Origin: an uncultured Alphaproteobacteria bacterium
Lineage (GTDB): Bacteria; Pseudomonadota; Alphaproteobacteria; Rhizobiales; Hyphomicrobiaceae
DNA: 64,000 nucleotides
Direction: 5' to 3'
NCBI GenBank assembly: GCA_963833715.1
Contig: CAWHZB010000001.1
Span: forward strand, 1,185-65,184
The notes under the pieces are model-generated. The model ran no database searches. It saw nothing but the letters and a program-made list of their open reading frames with translations, and was not told where the DNA came from. Within the stretch, counting starts at the first letter, position 1, and each line of letters begins with the position of its first letter. Of this stretch, positions 31,671-41,276 are shown in pieces. A program made the translations under genes and the position numbers.

Positions 31671-32090
31671 CTAGGCCGACTGCGGTCCGCTCGTGAATTG
31701 AGCGGTGATAAGATCAGCTTCAACGGCCTGCGCTTCCTGCGATGACGCAGCGAGAAGATGCACGTGGACCTCGTCGGCTCCGAGAGCCGAAGCGTGATGG
31801 CGGATCTCGGCAAGGTTGAGCATAGCGCACTGGTTGAACAGGCGGCCAATCGCAAGCACGGTCCGCGTCGTACTGTCGGCGCGGCGCACCAAAATGTAGT
31901 TCGCGTCCTCGATCGGCGGGCAATCGAACAAGCTGTAGACTGTATGGACGTAACGCTTTCCCGACGCGCCGCTCCAGAAGTGGAAGCGAGGCGGTGTTTC
32001 TGACGCGCTGGCCGGCGCGACAGCAAACGGCGGTACAGCTTTGCCGCGGCGCATACGAACGTCGGCAAGCCGGATGATCTCGGCACTCAT
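31671..32090 (-). CDS. Conserved hypothetical protein
   Basis: RFHFWSGASGKRYVHTVYSL...GADEVHVHLLA...EADL looks like a conserved rhizobial hypothetical; function unknown. Confidence 0.75.
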   Translation of the reverse strand: MSAEIIRLADVRMRRGKAVPPFAVAPASASETPPRFHFWSGASGKRYVHTVYSLFDCPPIEDANYILVRRADSTTRTVLAIGRLFNQCAMLNLAEIRHHASALGADEVHVHLLAASSQEAQAVEADLITAQFTSGPQSA

Positions 32091-32316
32091 AACGCAAACC
32101 CCTGATCGGCGAACTTCGCCGTACACTGCTTTTGAGACCGTCATATCCCGCTAGCGTGTGAGGAATCGTGAACTTTTGATCGAAAATTTGACCGGCTCGT
32201 TGAGGCTATGCCGCCGTGGTCAAAGAACTGTTGAGAACACCCTGAAATAAGAACACTCCGCCTGAGTAGAGGCGCGAGTTTCGGTTGCAAATCTCAACGC
32301 GCACTAACGATTGGCA

Positions 32317-34752
32317 TTAACCGCAGCGGGAATAGGTGCAGGTCGCGCACGTCCAACAGCCCTCGATGCGGCGAAGAGCGCGCTCGCCGCAACGCGGACA
32401 AATTCGCGCTCCGGCGATCGGTGTGGAACGCGACAAAGGCTCTTCGGCTGTGGCCTCTGCAACTTGAGGATCGTTTCGCCCGAGCGCGGCGCGTTGCACT
32501 ATCGTAACCGGCTCACGATCGGCGCTGTCCAAGTCGGTTTGGCCGGACTCTCCCGGTGTCAAGAAACCGGTTCGAAGCATGTGCTGCTCGATGACGTCGC
32601 CGATCGCCGCCAGCAGGCTCGGAACATACCGCCCGTCCATCCAGCGGCCGCCTTCCGGGTCGAAGACAGCCTTTAACTCCTCGGCAACGAATGCAACGTC
32701 GCCGCCGCGGCGGAAGACGGCACTGATCATGCGCGTCAGGGCGACCGTCCAGGCGTAGTGCTCGAGATTCTTCGTATTGATGAAGATCTCGAAGGGCCGC
32801 CGCCGCCCGTCGCGAACGATGTCGTTGATCGTGACGTAGAGCGCGTGTGCGCTCGCCGGCCACTTGATTTTATACGTAATGCCTTCGAGTGCCGCGTCGC
32901 GCTCGAGGGGTTTCGTCATGTAGACGATGCCACCCGACCTGGCAGCTTCCTCCGGCACGGATTTAGGCGCTGGCGTCTTTTGCGGCGTTAAAACTCCGGC
33001 CTTGGCTGACGGCTCTGCGTCTTCGACGGCCGGCGTCTCGCGCGACAGCACGGCTCCCGTGACGGGGTTTGGCCGGTACGTCGTGCAGCCTTTGAGCCCG
33101 CGTTCGTAAGCCTCAACATAGATGTCACGAAAACTCTCGAAGCTGATGCCTTCCGGGCAATTGATCGTCTTTGAAATGGCGCTGTCGACGAACGGCTGCA
33201 TCGCCGCCTGCATCGCGACATGCTGAGACGGCGTCAGGGCCTCGGCCGTTACGAAGGCGTCCGGCAACGGCGCGTCTGCCCCGAACCTCTCGCGGAAATT
33301 CCGATAGGCGAAATCTTCGACCGTTTGTTCTTCCGCCGCCTGATCGTCGCCGAGAACGCGCCGGCGGTAGACGAAATCGAACACCGGCTCGATGCCGCTC
33401 GATACGTTCGCCGCGAGTAGCGAAATCGTGCCCGTCGGTGCGATCGACGTCAGGCAGCCGTTGCGGATGCCATTGGCCGCGATTGCATCGCGGACATCTG
33501 CGTCGAGCCGCGCGACGTTCGGCCGAGCCAAAAACGCCTTGGCATCGTAGAGCGGAAATGCGCCTTTCTCGGCAGCAAGGGCGGCGCTGGCCCGGTAGGC
33601 GGCGTTCTGGATGATCGCCATCCAGCTTGCAGCCTTTTCGCGCGACGCGGCGCTGCCATAAGAAGCCCCGAGAAAAATCAGCGCATCGGCGAGGCCGGTG
33701 ACGCCAAGTCCGATACGCCGCTTGCCGCGGGCTTCGCGCGCTTGCGCGGCAAGAGGGTAGCGCGAAATGTCGATGACGTTGTCGAGGAACCGGACAGCGG
33801 TCGCAACGTGCGCCTCGAGTTTGGCCGTGTCGATCCGCGCCCTCGGTGTGAACGGCTCTTCGACGAGATGCGCGAGATTGATCGATCCCAAGAGGCAGGC
33901 GCCATACGGCGGCAACGGCTGCTCACCGCAAGGGTTCGTCGCCGAGATCGTCTCGCAATAGGAGAGATTGTTGGCGGCGTTGATGCGATCGATGAAGATG
34001 ACTCCCGGCTCGGCGTAATCATACGTCGCGCGCATGATGCGGTCCCACAGTGCCCGCGCTTCGACTGTTTTATAGACCTTGCCGTCGAACACGAGGTCCC
34101 AAGGGGCATTCCGGCGCACGGCATCCATGAAGGCATTGGTCACCAGAACCGACAGATTGAAATTCCTGAGCCGCAGCGAATCCGCCTTCGCCGCAATGAA
34201 GGCCTCGATATCTGGGTGATCGCATCTAAGCGTAGCCATCATGGCGCCGCGCCGCTGCCCGGCCGACATGATCGTCCGGCACATTGCGTCCCACACGTCC
34301 ATGAAGCTCACAGGGCCGGACGCGTCGGCGCCGATGCTTTTGACAGGCGCACCGCGAGGCCGAAGGGTTGAAAAATCATGGCCGATGCCGCCGCCGGCCT
34401 GCATCGTCAGTGCCGCTTCTTTGACGCTATCGAAAATGCCTGAAAGGTCGTCGGCGATCTCGCCCAGCACAAAGCAGTTGAACAGCGTGACGTTACGGTC
34501 GGTGCCGGCCCCGGCCAGAATCCGGCCGGCAGGTTGAAAACCGAAATCGGCCATCGCGTTGTAAAACGCGTTTTCCCACTTCTGCTGCTGGCGTTTGCCA
34601 CCTTTTTCAACCGAAGCCGCCGCCCGGGCTACGCGGCGGAAAGTGTCCTCCAGAGTGTGATCGGCGGGTGCACTGACGGAGCCGGAAAACAGGTATTTCC
34701 GCCGCCAAATGGCATCGGAAATTGGTGGCAGAGTTGGTGATTTCGAGGTCAT
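32317..34752 (-). CDS. nrdJ: Adenosylcobalamin-dependent (class II) ribonucleotide reductase with C-terminal TSCPD-like domain and zinc ribbon
   Basis: PAGRILAGAG, NCFV, GGGIG, NFNLSV, TNPCGEQ, APTGTIS, KGCTTYR and terminal CPRC...CATCTYSRCG. Confidence 0.95.
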   Translation of the reverse strand: MTSKSPTLPPISDAIWRRKYLFSGSVSAPADHTLEDTFRRVARAAASVEKGGKRQQQKWENAFYNAMADFGFQPAGRILAGAGTDRNVTLFNCFVLGEIADDLSGIFDSVKEAALTMQAGGGIGHDFSTLRPRGAPVKSIGADASGPVSFMDVWDAMCRTIMSAGQRRGAMMATLRCDHPDIEAFIAAKADSLRLRNFNLSVLVTNAFMDAVRRNAPWDLVFDGKVYKTVEARALWDRIMRATYDYAEPGVIFIDRINAANNLSYCETISATNPCGEQPLPPYGACLLGSINLAHLVEEPFTPRARIDTAKLEAHVATAVRFLDNVIDISRYPLAAQAREARGKRRIGLGVTGLADALIFLGASYGSAASREKAASWMAIIQNAAYRASAALAAEKGAFPLYDAKAFLARPNVARLDADVRDAIAANGIRNGCLTSIAPTGTISLLAANVSSGIEPVFDFVYRRRVLGDDQAAEEQTVEDFAYRNFRERFGADAPLPDAFVTAEALTPSQHVAMQAAMQPFVDSAISKTINCPEGISFESFRDIYVEAYERGLKGCTTYRPNPVTGAVLSRETPAVEDAEPSAKAGVLTPQKTPAPKSVPEEAARSGGIVYMTKPLERDAALEGITYKIKWPASAHALYVTINDIVRDGRRRPFEIFINTKNLEHYAWTVALTRMISAVFRRGGDVAFVAEELKAVFDPEGGRWMDGRYVPSLLAAIGDVIEQHMLRTGFLTPGESGQTDLDSADREPVTIVQRAALGRNDPQVAEATAEEPLSRSTPIAGARICPRCGERALRRIEGCWTCATCTYSRCG

Positions 34753-34787
34753 CCGAGGCGACAGTCCCGTAGGAAAATTATCGAATG

Positions 34788-34816
34788 AATATAAGCCGCC
34801 AACGTTCCCGCGTCAA
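34788..34816 (-). promoter_or_regulatory. Sigma70-type promoter of nrdJ
   Basis: Minus strand TTGACG-N17-TATATT, about 35 nt upstream of the ATG at 34752. Confidence 0.8.
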
Positions 34817-34821
34817 TAAAT

Positions 34822-34836
34822 GTTCCCATTATGTTC
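34822..34836. promoter_or_regulatory. Alphaproteobacterial LexA (SOS) box
   Basis: GTTC-CCATTAT-GTTC, an exact GTTC-N7-GTTC match 5 nt from the -35 element of the nrdJ promoter. Confidence 0.8.
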
Positions 34837-34846
34837 TAATTTCGTT

Positions 34847-35647
34847 TTAGCTCAGGTCCTGCCTGTCGCCGGTCCTAGCGAGCGGCGGCGGATCGGCTGA
34901 CGCGGCAGCTTCCGCGATCAGCCCTGAGCTTGCGTCTTCGATCGCTGCCTCGATGCGCGCCCGGAATTCGGCGCGCGGCAGGCCGGGGGGCAGCGGCGGA
35001 AGGAACTCGACGACGATCGTTCCGGGGTATCGCCACGGGCTCCGCCGCGGCCAGAAGAGGCCGGAGTTCAAGGCCAGCGGCACCGTCGCAACGCCGAGGG
35101 CCTCATAGAGTGCCACATAGCCGGATTTGTAGTCCGGCGGCGCGCCCGGAACGGTGCGCGTCCCTTCCGGAAAGATAACAACCTCGCGACTGATGCTGAT
35201 GCGCTGCTTTGCGTCGCGGATCATCGTCTTCAATGCTGCGGAGGCTTTTTCGCGCTTGACCAGGATGTGCTCGAACTTGACGCAGAACCAGCCGTAGAAG
35301 GGGATCCATTTGAGCTCGTCCTTCAGCACGATTGCCGGATCGCGGAAGAGCGGAACGAGGCCGAAGGAATCCCAAGCCGACTGGTGCTTCGAGACGACGA
35401 GGCAACCGGTTTTCGGAAGATTTTCACGTCCGCGCACCTCGAGCTTCGTTCCGCAGATGATGCGAAGCAGAGCGACACAGGTGCGGCCGTGCAGCTCAAG
35501 GCCTTTCATCGCCCAGCGGCGCGGCCCGAAAAGCAGCCACGATCCAAGGACCAGATAAAGCGCGGTGACGATGTAGAAGGTCGCGAAGTAAACGAGTGAC
35601 CGAATGATGACCAAGGGACCCGGTCTCGGCTTCGACGCATCAGCCAT
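34847..35647 (-). CDS. plsC: 1-acyl-sn-glycerol-3-phosphate acyltransferase
   Basis: KHQSAWD, LKDEL..IPFYGW, IFPEGTR and PLALNSG motifs. Confidence 0.92.
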   Translation of the reverse strand: MADASKPRPGPLVIIRSLVYFATFYIVTALYLVLGSWLLFGPRRWAMKGLELHGRTCVALLRIICGTKLEVRGRENLPKTGCLVVSKHQSAWDSFGLVPLFRDPAIVLKDELKWIPFYGWFCVKFEHILVKREKASAALKTMIRDAKQRISISREVVIFPEGTRTVPGAPPDYKSGYVALYEALGVATVPLALNSGLFWPRRSPWRYPGTIVVEFLPPLPPGLPRAEFRARIEAAIEDASSGLIAEAAASADPPPLARTGDRQDLS

Positions 35648-36284
35648 CGACACGCTTCGGGGATGCGACGGCGACCCACGGCCCGTCTCGCCAATTGATA
35701 ACGCGCTGTGCCGTCAGGCGGCCAATGGCCGGCAGGAACTTCAGATATTCCGAGAGCAGAACCCGCGTCGTTGCCGTATGCAACCACCAGGCTTCCTCAG
35801 GAAAACGCCTCGGCGTCACGGCGAACGGGAGCAGTTGAACGCCTGGCATCGCAAGCGCCAGTTCTGCCAGGCTGCGCGGCATGTGGTAACGGGACGTTAC
35901 GACGATGAGCTTCGTGTAGCCATTGCTGTTGGCCCACGTTCGCGTTTCATCGGCATTGCCGACGGTATCGAGAGCCTCATATCCGAGATCGACACAGCAG
36001 TTGAACGTCTGCGCATCGAGGCCGAGCAAGCGTTGCATTTCCTCGCGCCGGACCTTGCGGTTCACACCGGAAATCAACATTCGTTTGGCGCGATGCTCGC
36101 TCAGAAGTTTGGCGCCGGCCTCGAGGCGGTTGTCGCCACCGGTCAGCACGACGATGCCGTCGGCTTTGTCCCAGCCGCTCACCTCATCGCGCGTGACGTT
36201 TGCTGCGAAAAGCACGAAGCCGAACACCAGCGCCCCGGCGCCGAGGGCTAGCAAGACGACGATCGCACGCGAGATCTTTTTCAT
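35640..36284 (-). CDS. YdcF/DUF218 family protein
   Basis: N-terminal TM, GIVVLTGG..R, LISGV, A.DT.GNA and VTS.YHMPRS motifs. Confidence 0.9.
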   Translation of the reverse strand: MKKISRAIVVLLALGAGALVFGFVLFAANVTRDEVSGWDKADGIVVLTGGDNRLEAGAKLLSEHRAKRMLISGVNRKVRREEMQRLLGLDAQTFNCCVDLGYEALDTVGNADETRTWANSNGYTKLIVVTSRYHMPRSLAELALAMPGVQLLPFAVTPRRFPEEAWWLHTATTRVLLSEYLKFLPAIGRLTAQRVINWRDGPWVAVASPKRVDG

Positions 36285-36451
36285 GACGGGTCGCGTCTCA
36301 AGGGACGCATCAAATTCGAGCCGATGCTTCGCTAAGGTTTAGCCGATTCCACCGGCTCGGCCACTCTTCCCAACGACGCTCAAATATCTGCATATTTCGC
36401 TCCGAGGTTGCGGCTGAGGCTTAGCTCGCGCCCATTTACCTTTCATTCCGT

Positions 36452-37555
36452 TTAATGCCGGCCATGAAGAATGCGGTAAACGCCGACCCGCGACGTGACC
36501 ATGCAAAGCCCTGCAATGATGACGACGACGAGGCCGAGAATAATATAGCCCAACGCGTCGAGCGCCCCAGTGCCGATCAGCCGTTGCATCTCGACGGCGC
36601 TGACGGCTCCTCCGCCCAGAAGCTCCATGATGGCCGGCATGCTCATGAAGACCAGCATGGCAAGTGTAGCGCCGACAATGCCTGCCTTGATGCCGAGTCG
36701 TAGAAAGTGTTTCTCGAATTCGCGTGAGATGAACTTGTCGGTCGCGCCGACGAAATGCAGGACCTCGACGATCTCCCGGTTCGATGCCATTGCACTGCGC
36801 GTCGCCGAGACGATGATAGCAGTCGTGGCGGCAGCGACCAGTGCCAGTATTGCAATTCCGCCCAAGGCAAAGGACCGCGTCACGGCACGAATTTGATTTT
36901 GCCAGCGGCGATGATCGTCGAGCGAGACGCCTTTGAAATCCCGGCCGAGCGCCGTTCCGATTTCGGTTAGGTCGGGCGGGTCATTGCGATTGACTTCAAC
37001 GGCAATCAATCGCGGAACCGGAAGCGATTTGAGGGCATCGGCGGTGCCAAGCCAAGGCTCTAGTAGGCTGGCGGATTCATCAAGGCTCAGCGCTTTCGCG
37101 TTGGCGATGCCGCGCTGCTTTTCGAGGTAGCTCACGACGTCCGCAATCGACTTTTCGATGTCGCTGTTTTCCTGCGGGGTGATCTGAACGGTGACCTCGC
37201 TGGCGATGTCCCTCGTCCAAGCGTCGGACGATTCTTTGATCATCCAGACGGCACCGGCCGTCAGGCAAGCGAGAAAACACATGATTGCGATGACCAGGGT
37301 CAGCGATCGTCCGGTCACGGATGCCGGCGGCACGACCGGAGCGGTGACCTTCATTTTGCGTCCACGATCGCTGCTGCGCGCCGGCGCACGTAATTCGCGG
37401 GTTGGCTCAATCGTGTGGGTGGCGTCCGTATAGACCGGCGCATGGGTCGCTGGTCCCGTCGGTCTCCCGGTGACAGGTTCGTCGAATTGATCATAGGCCG
37501 AAGCCGGCATCGCGGGCTCGTGGTGCCCTGGGAAGCGGCTAGATGATGCGGACAT
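36452..37555 (-). CDS. ftsX: Cell-division ABC transporter permease FtsX-like
   Basis: TM1, periplasmic loop (A..LLEPWLG, P.PRLI), then three TMs with VLHFVGA.D.FI; downstream of ftsE. The start may be 37510. Confidence 0.88.
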   Translation of the reverse strand: MSASSSRFPGHHEPAMPASAYDQFDEPVTGRPTGPATHAPVYTDATHTIEPTRELRAPARSSDRGRKMKVTAPVVPPASVTGRSLTLVIAIMCFLACLTAGAVWMIKESSDAWTRDIASEVTVQITPQENSDIEKSIADVVSYLEKQRGIANAKALSLDESASLLEPWLGTADALKSLPVPRLIAVEVNRNDPPDLTEIGTALGRDFKGVSLDDHRRWQNQIRAVTRSFALGGIAILALVAAATTAIIVSATRSAMASNREIVEVLHFVGATDKFISREFEKHFLRLGIKAGIVGATLAMLVFMSMPAIMELLGGGAVSAVEMQRLIGTGALDALGYIILGLVVVIIAGLCMVTSRVGVYRILHGRH

Positions 37556-38195
37556 GGCCCCTATGCACCTCGATGCGCGGCGCCTTGAATTGCCGCATCA
37601 GCTGATGGTCGTGTGTCGCGATCACGACGGAGGTTCCGAGCCGGTTCAGCTCGACGAACAAGCGTAGAAGGCGACGTGCCATCTGCGGATCAACGTTGCC
37701 GGTCGGCTCGTCCGCAAGCAGCACCTCGGGCTTGCCGATGACGGCGCGCGCGATGGCTGCCCGCTGCTTTTCCCCACCCGACAGCACCGAAGGATTAACA
37801 TACATTCGATCGCCAAGACCAACCCACTGCAGAAGGTCTGTAACGTCCTCGCGGTAATCGCCGGGCTTTTTGCCGATGACCTGAAGTGGCAGGGCGACGT
37901 TTTCCCAAACGGTCAGGTGATCCAAAAGGCGGAAATCCTGGAACACGATGCCGATGCGCCGGCGCATCTGGGCTCGTTTCTGTGGGGTGACCTTTGTGAT
38001 GTCATCGCTGAACATCTGGATTTGCCCGTGGGTCGGCTGCAGCGACATGAACATCAGGCGCAGCAGCGACGTTTTACCCGCACCGGATTCTCCGTGCAGA
38101 AAATGGAATGACCCCGGGCGAAGGTGAAAAGTCACATCGGACAGCACCTCGGGGCCCCTGTCGTACTTCAGTCCGACATTCGTCAAGCGAATCAC
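37539..38195 (-). CDS. ftsE: Cell-division ATP-binding protein FtsE
   Basis: GESGAGKT, RRRIGIVFQDFRLL, LSGGEKQR, LADEPTGNVD and ATHD motifs. Confidence 0.95.
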   Translation of the reverse strand: MIRLTNVGLKYDRGPEVLSDVTFHLRPGSFHFLHGESGAGKTSLLRLMFMSLQPTHGQIQMFSDDITKVTPQKRAQMRRRIGIVFQDFRLLDHLTVWENVALPLQVIGKKPGDYREDVTDLLQWVGLGDRMYVNPSVLSGGEKQRAAIARAVIGKPEVLLADEPTGNVDPQMARRLLRLFVELNRLGTSVVIATHDHQLMRQFKAPRIEVHRGHVRII

Positions 38196-38368
38196 GAGGG
38201 TTTACCTTGACCTACACAGTTCGGGACTCGTTTTGCGGCTCAAGCGCGTATAGACACGTCAATGCCGGGTGATCAATCGATTACGATTGTGGCGCAGTCG
38301 TGTACACAAGAACCTTGAAAAGTTTAACCGTGAGTAATGGCTTTGCCGCGGGTTCACAGGGACATTGC

Positions 38369-38911
38369 ATGGCCGATTTGAGTGCCGGACAACGCATTGA
38401 GACGATCTTCTCCGCGGACGAAATTCATGACCGCCTACAGTCGCTTGCAGCCGAGATCGCCGCACGGGCGCCCAAAAATCTGCTCATCGTACCGGTCCTG
38501 AAGGGCAGCTTCGTGTTTGCCGCCGACCTGATGCGTGCGCTCTACGCCGCAGGTCTTGCGCCCGAGGTCGATTTTCTGACGCTGTCGAGCTACAGAAAAA
38601 GCCGCTCGTCAACGGGGCAGGTTTCGATATTGCGCGATCTCGACCTCGACGTGCTGCACCGCCACGTCATCCTGATCGACGATGTTCTCGATTCCGGCCG
38701 CACGCTCGTGTTCGCCAAGGATCTGATTGCAGCGCGCGGCGCGGCGCGCATCGAAACGTGCGTTCTGTTGGACAAGAAGGCACCGCGCGCGGTGTCGATC
38801 GAAGCCGACTATTGTGCGTTCGCATGTCCGAACGTCTATGTGGTGGGCTACGGTATGGACGTCGCGCATCGCTACAGGGAGTTGCCCTTCGTCGGGCGTC
38901 TCGTCGATTAG
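38369..38911 (+). CDS. hpt: Hypoxanthine phosphoribosyltransferase
   Basis: VLKGSFVFAADL, LSSY, LIDDVLDSGRTL, LLDK and VVGYGMD motifs. Confidence 0.93.
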   Translation: MADLSAGQRIETIFSADEIHDRLQSLAAEIAARAPKNLLIVPVLKGSFVFAADLMRALYAAGLAPEVDFLTLSSYRKSRSSTGQVSILRDLDLDVLHRHVILIDDVLDSGRTLVFAKDLIAARGAARIETCVLLDKKAPRAVSIEADYCAFACPNVYVVGYGMDVAHRYRELPFVGRLVD

Positions 38912-38943
38912 ACTAGGAGTGCGGATGAGGGAGGTGCGGTGAC

Positions 38944-39306
38944 ATGGCGACGATCCTGCTCGCAGACGATGATGCCGCCGTGCGCGACCTCGTCCGGCGG
39001 GCTCTGAGCACGGAGGGCCACACGGTGCACGTGACGCAGGACGGCCTGGAGGCGCTCGACTGCCTCGGCACCAACCTGGCGTCGATTGACGTGCTGGTAA
39101 CCGATGTTGACATGCCCCAACTCGACGGTATTTCTCTCGCCGAAAAAGCTCTTCATATGAAGCCGGCGATTGCAGTCGTTCTGATGTCCGGCTTTTCCGA
39201 TCAGCTCGATCGCGCCGGCCGCCTCAGAGTGCGCAAGCTGTTGTCGGTTTCAAAACCGTTCACGCTCGAACAGATAAAACAGGTCGTGAGAACGGTGCTG
39301 GCGTGA
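38944..39306 (+). CDS. Single-domain response regulator (CheY/CpdR-like)
   Basis: LADDD, TDVDMPQLDG, MSGF and SKPF receiver motifs; no output domain. Confidence 0.9.
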   Translation: MATILLADDDAAVRDLVRRALSTEGHTVHVTQDGLEALDCLGTNLASIDVLVTDVDMPQLDGISLAEKALHMKPAIAVVLMSGFSDQLDRAGRLRVRKLLSVSKPFTLEQIKQVVRTVLA

Positions 39307-39360
39307 CGCGCCGAGCATGAATTAGCCTCCTCCCGTTTGCCGGAAGTACGCCTTACCACT

Positions 39361-39555
39361 CCATGGCCGGGCTTGACCCGGCCATCAGAATCCCGCTGAG
39401 GTCAAAGAAGTTGCCCTGGATGGCCGCTCCTCGGAGGGCGGCCATGACGTGGTGAGTGTGCTTCATCCTCTACCCTCCATGGCCGGGCTTGACCCGACCA
39501 TCCAGGGCCACACGGAGCATGGTGACATGTGGCTTTGGAGGCGGCCATCACGTGA
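39361..39555. repeat. Cluster of CGTC-type REP-like palindromes
   Basis: ATGGCCGGGCTTGACCCGGCCAT at 39363-39385, a near copy at 39479-39501, an inverted related unit ending GGCCATGACG at 39418-39449 and a degenerate unit near 39540-39553. A partial copy lies at ~5875-5893. Confidence 0.8.
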
Positions 39556-39584
39556 TCGGGTGAATCCTATGGAGCCGAAAAACG

Positions 39585-40610
39585 TTAACCGCCGGTAACG
39601 CTCATATGGCGCGTGACTGCCGGCCTCTTCGTGCGCCGGTCGATGACGAAGTCGTGGCCCTTGGGCTTTCTTGCGATGGCTTCGACGATCGCGGCGTCGA
39701 GTGCCGCGTCGTCCGGGGAAGAGCGGAGTGGCGCTCGCAAATCCGCGGCATCTTCTTGGCCGAGACACATGTAAAGCGTGCCGGTGCACGTCACGCGCAC
39801 GCGGTTGCAGCTTTCGCAGAAGTTGTGCGTCAGCGGCGTGATGAAGCCGAGGCGGCCGCCGGTTTCCTTGACCCTCACATAGCGTGCCGGGCCACCCGTG
39901 CGGTGCGGGCTCTCTTCGAGCGTAAAGCGATCGAGCAGCCGGGCACGGACGAGCGACAGCGGCAGATACTGGCTGGTGCGGTCACCTTCGATGTCGCCGA
40001 GCGGCATTGTCTCGATGAGGGTCATGTCAGCACCGCGGCCGTGCGCGAACCGCAGCAGCGCTTCGATCTCGTCCTCGTTGACGCCCTTTAGCGCCACGGT
40101 ATTGATCTTAACGCTGAGCCCGGCTTTTTCAGCCGCATCGATCCCGCGAAGAACGGTTTCGATGTTGCCCCACCGCGTGATCGCCTTGAATTTTGCTGGG
40201 TCGAGCGTGTCGAGCGAGACGTTTATCCGCTTGACGCCTGCCGCCTTGAGATCGGCCGCGAACTTGTCGAGCTGGCTGCCGTTCGTCGTCAGCGTCAGTT
40301 CTTCGAGCGCACCCGTCTCAAGATGCCGGCCGAGGCTCCGAAAAAGCCACATGATGTTCTTGCGTACGAGCGGCTCGCCGCCCGTCACCCGCAATTTCTT
40401 GACGCCGCGGCGAACGAAGGCGGTGCACAGTCGGTCAAGCTCTTCGAGCGACAGGAGATCGCGCTTCGGCAGAAACGTCATATGCTCCGACATGCAGTAG
40501 ACGCAGCGGAAATCGCAACGATCCGTCACGGACACGCGCAAATACTCGATGCCTCGACCAAAGGGATCGACCAAATGCGACGCTGTCGGTTGGGCGGTTT
40601 TGCCCGGCAT
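39585..40610 (-). CDS. moaA: GTP 3',8-cyclase (molybdenum cofactor biosynthesis)
   Basis: [39 protein letters not shown] and terminal MSVTGG. Confidence 0.97.
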   Translation of the reverse strand: MPGKTAQPTASHLVDPFGRGIEYLRVSVTDRCDFRCVYCMSEHMTFLPKRDLLSLEELDRLCTAFVRRGVKKLRVTGGEPLVRKNIMWLFRSLGRHLETGALEELTLTTNGSQLDKFAADLKAAGVKRINVSLDTLDPAKFKAITRWGNIETVLRGIDAAEKAGLSVKINTVALKGVNEDEIEALLRFAHGRGADMTLIETMPLGDIEGDRTSQYLPLSLVRARLLDRFTLEESPHRTGGPARYVRVKETGGRLGFITPLTHNFCESCNRVRVTCTGTLYMCLGQEDAADLRAPLRSSPDDAALDAAIVEAIARKPKGHDFVIDRRTKRPAVTRHMSVTGG

Positions 40611-40708
40611 GCATGCTTCTCCTGAGCCCTCCTGCTGTCGTTTCATATCGGAGGGCAGGCGGTCAAGGGCAAGGCCGGCTTTGCCAAGGTTTGCGGGTCA
40701 TTTGAGCG

Positions 40709-41263
40709 TCAGGCACGCTGCCGCAGCCTGGTAAAAGGACCACAAGTTTCCTCGATGATGGAAGCGATGCCGTCTATATCGTCGAGGTTAAAGACTGGCT
40801 TGCCGTGGGCATCGACTTCGTAGTCGGCCGCGATGGCGAGAACGAGCGGATCGCTCGCGGCCAAGAGCTTCTCGCTTGCGACCGCGGCGCGCCGTACCTC
40901 GATTTTCGGAATGGCGGCGGCCTTATAGCCCTCGACCAGGATAACGTCGGCCGGATTGAGCCGCGCCGCCACGCTCTCGAGCGCCGGTTCTCCCGCCGCC
41001 TCGATTTCTTCGACGACGGCAACGCGAGAGCCCGACACGATCGCTGTCTCGGCGGCGCCGGCCGCACGATGGCGCGCGGTATCGCTTCCCGGCGCGTCGA
41101 TATCGAACTTGTGGTGCGTATGTTTGATCGTCGCGACGCGAAGCCCGCGCTCCGCGAAATGGCGCGTCAGCTTTTCGATCAGAGTCGTCTTGCCGGCGTT
41201 CGACCACCCGGCAATTCCGAATAGCGGCATCGAAATCGCGCGGGGTTGAACGTTTCCGGGCAT
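40709..41263 (-). CDS. mobB: Molybdopterin-guanine dinucleotide biosynthesis protein B
   Basis: GWSNAGKTT, IKH.HH.FDID.PG.DT.RH..AGA and D.ILVEGYK motifs. Confidence 0.93.
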   Translation of the reverse strand: MPGNVQPRAISMPLFGIAGWSNAGKTTLIEKLTRHFAERGLRVATIKHTHHKFDIDAPGSDTARHRAAGAAETAIVSGSRVAVVEEIEAAGEPALESVAARLNPADVILVEGYKAAAIPKIEVRRAAVASEKLLAASDPLVLAIAADYEVDAHGKPVFNLDDIDGIASIIEETCGPFTRLRQRA

Positions 41264-41276
41264 GTTTTTTTCCTTC

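Noticed and set aside
32225-32254. Canonical LexA box upstream of the 31671-32090 gene
   Set aside because: Half-site spacings are 6 and 12 nt, not 7, so it is not listed as a feature and is kept only as a weak finding.
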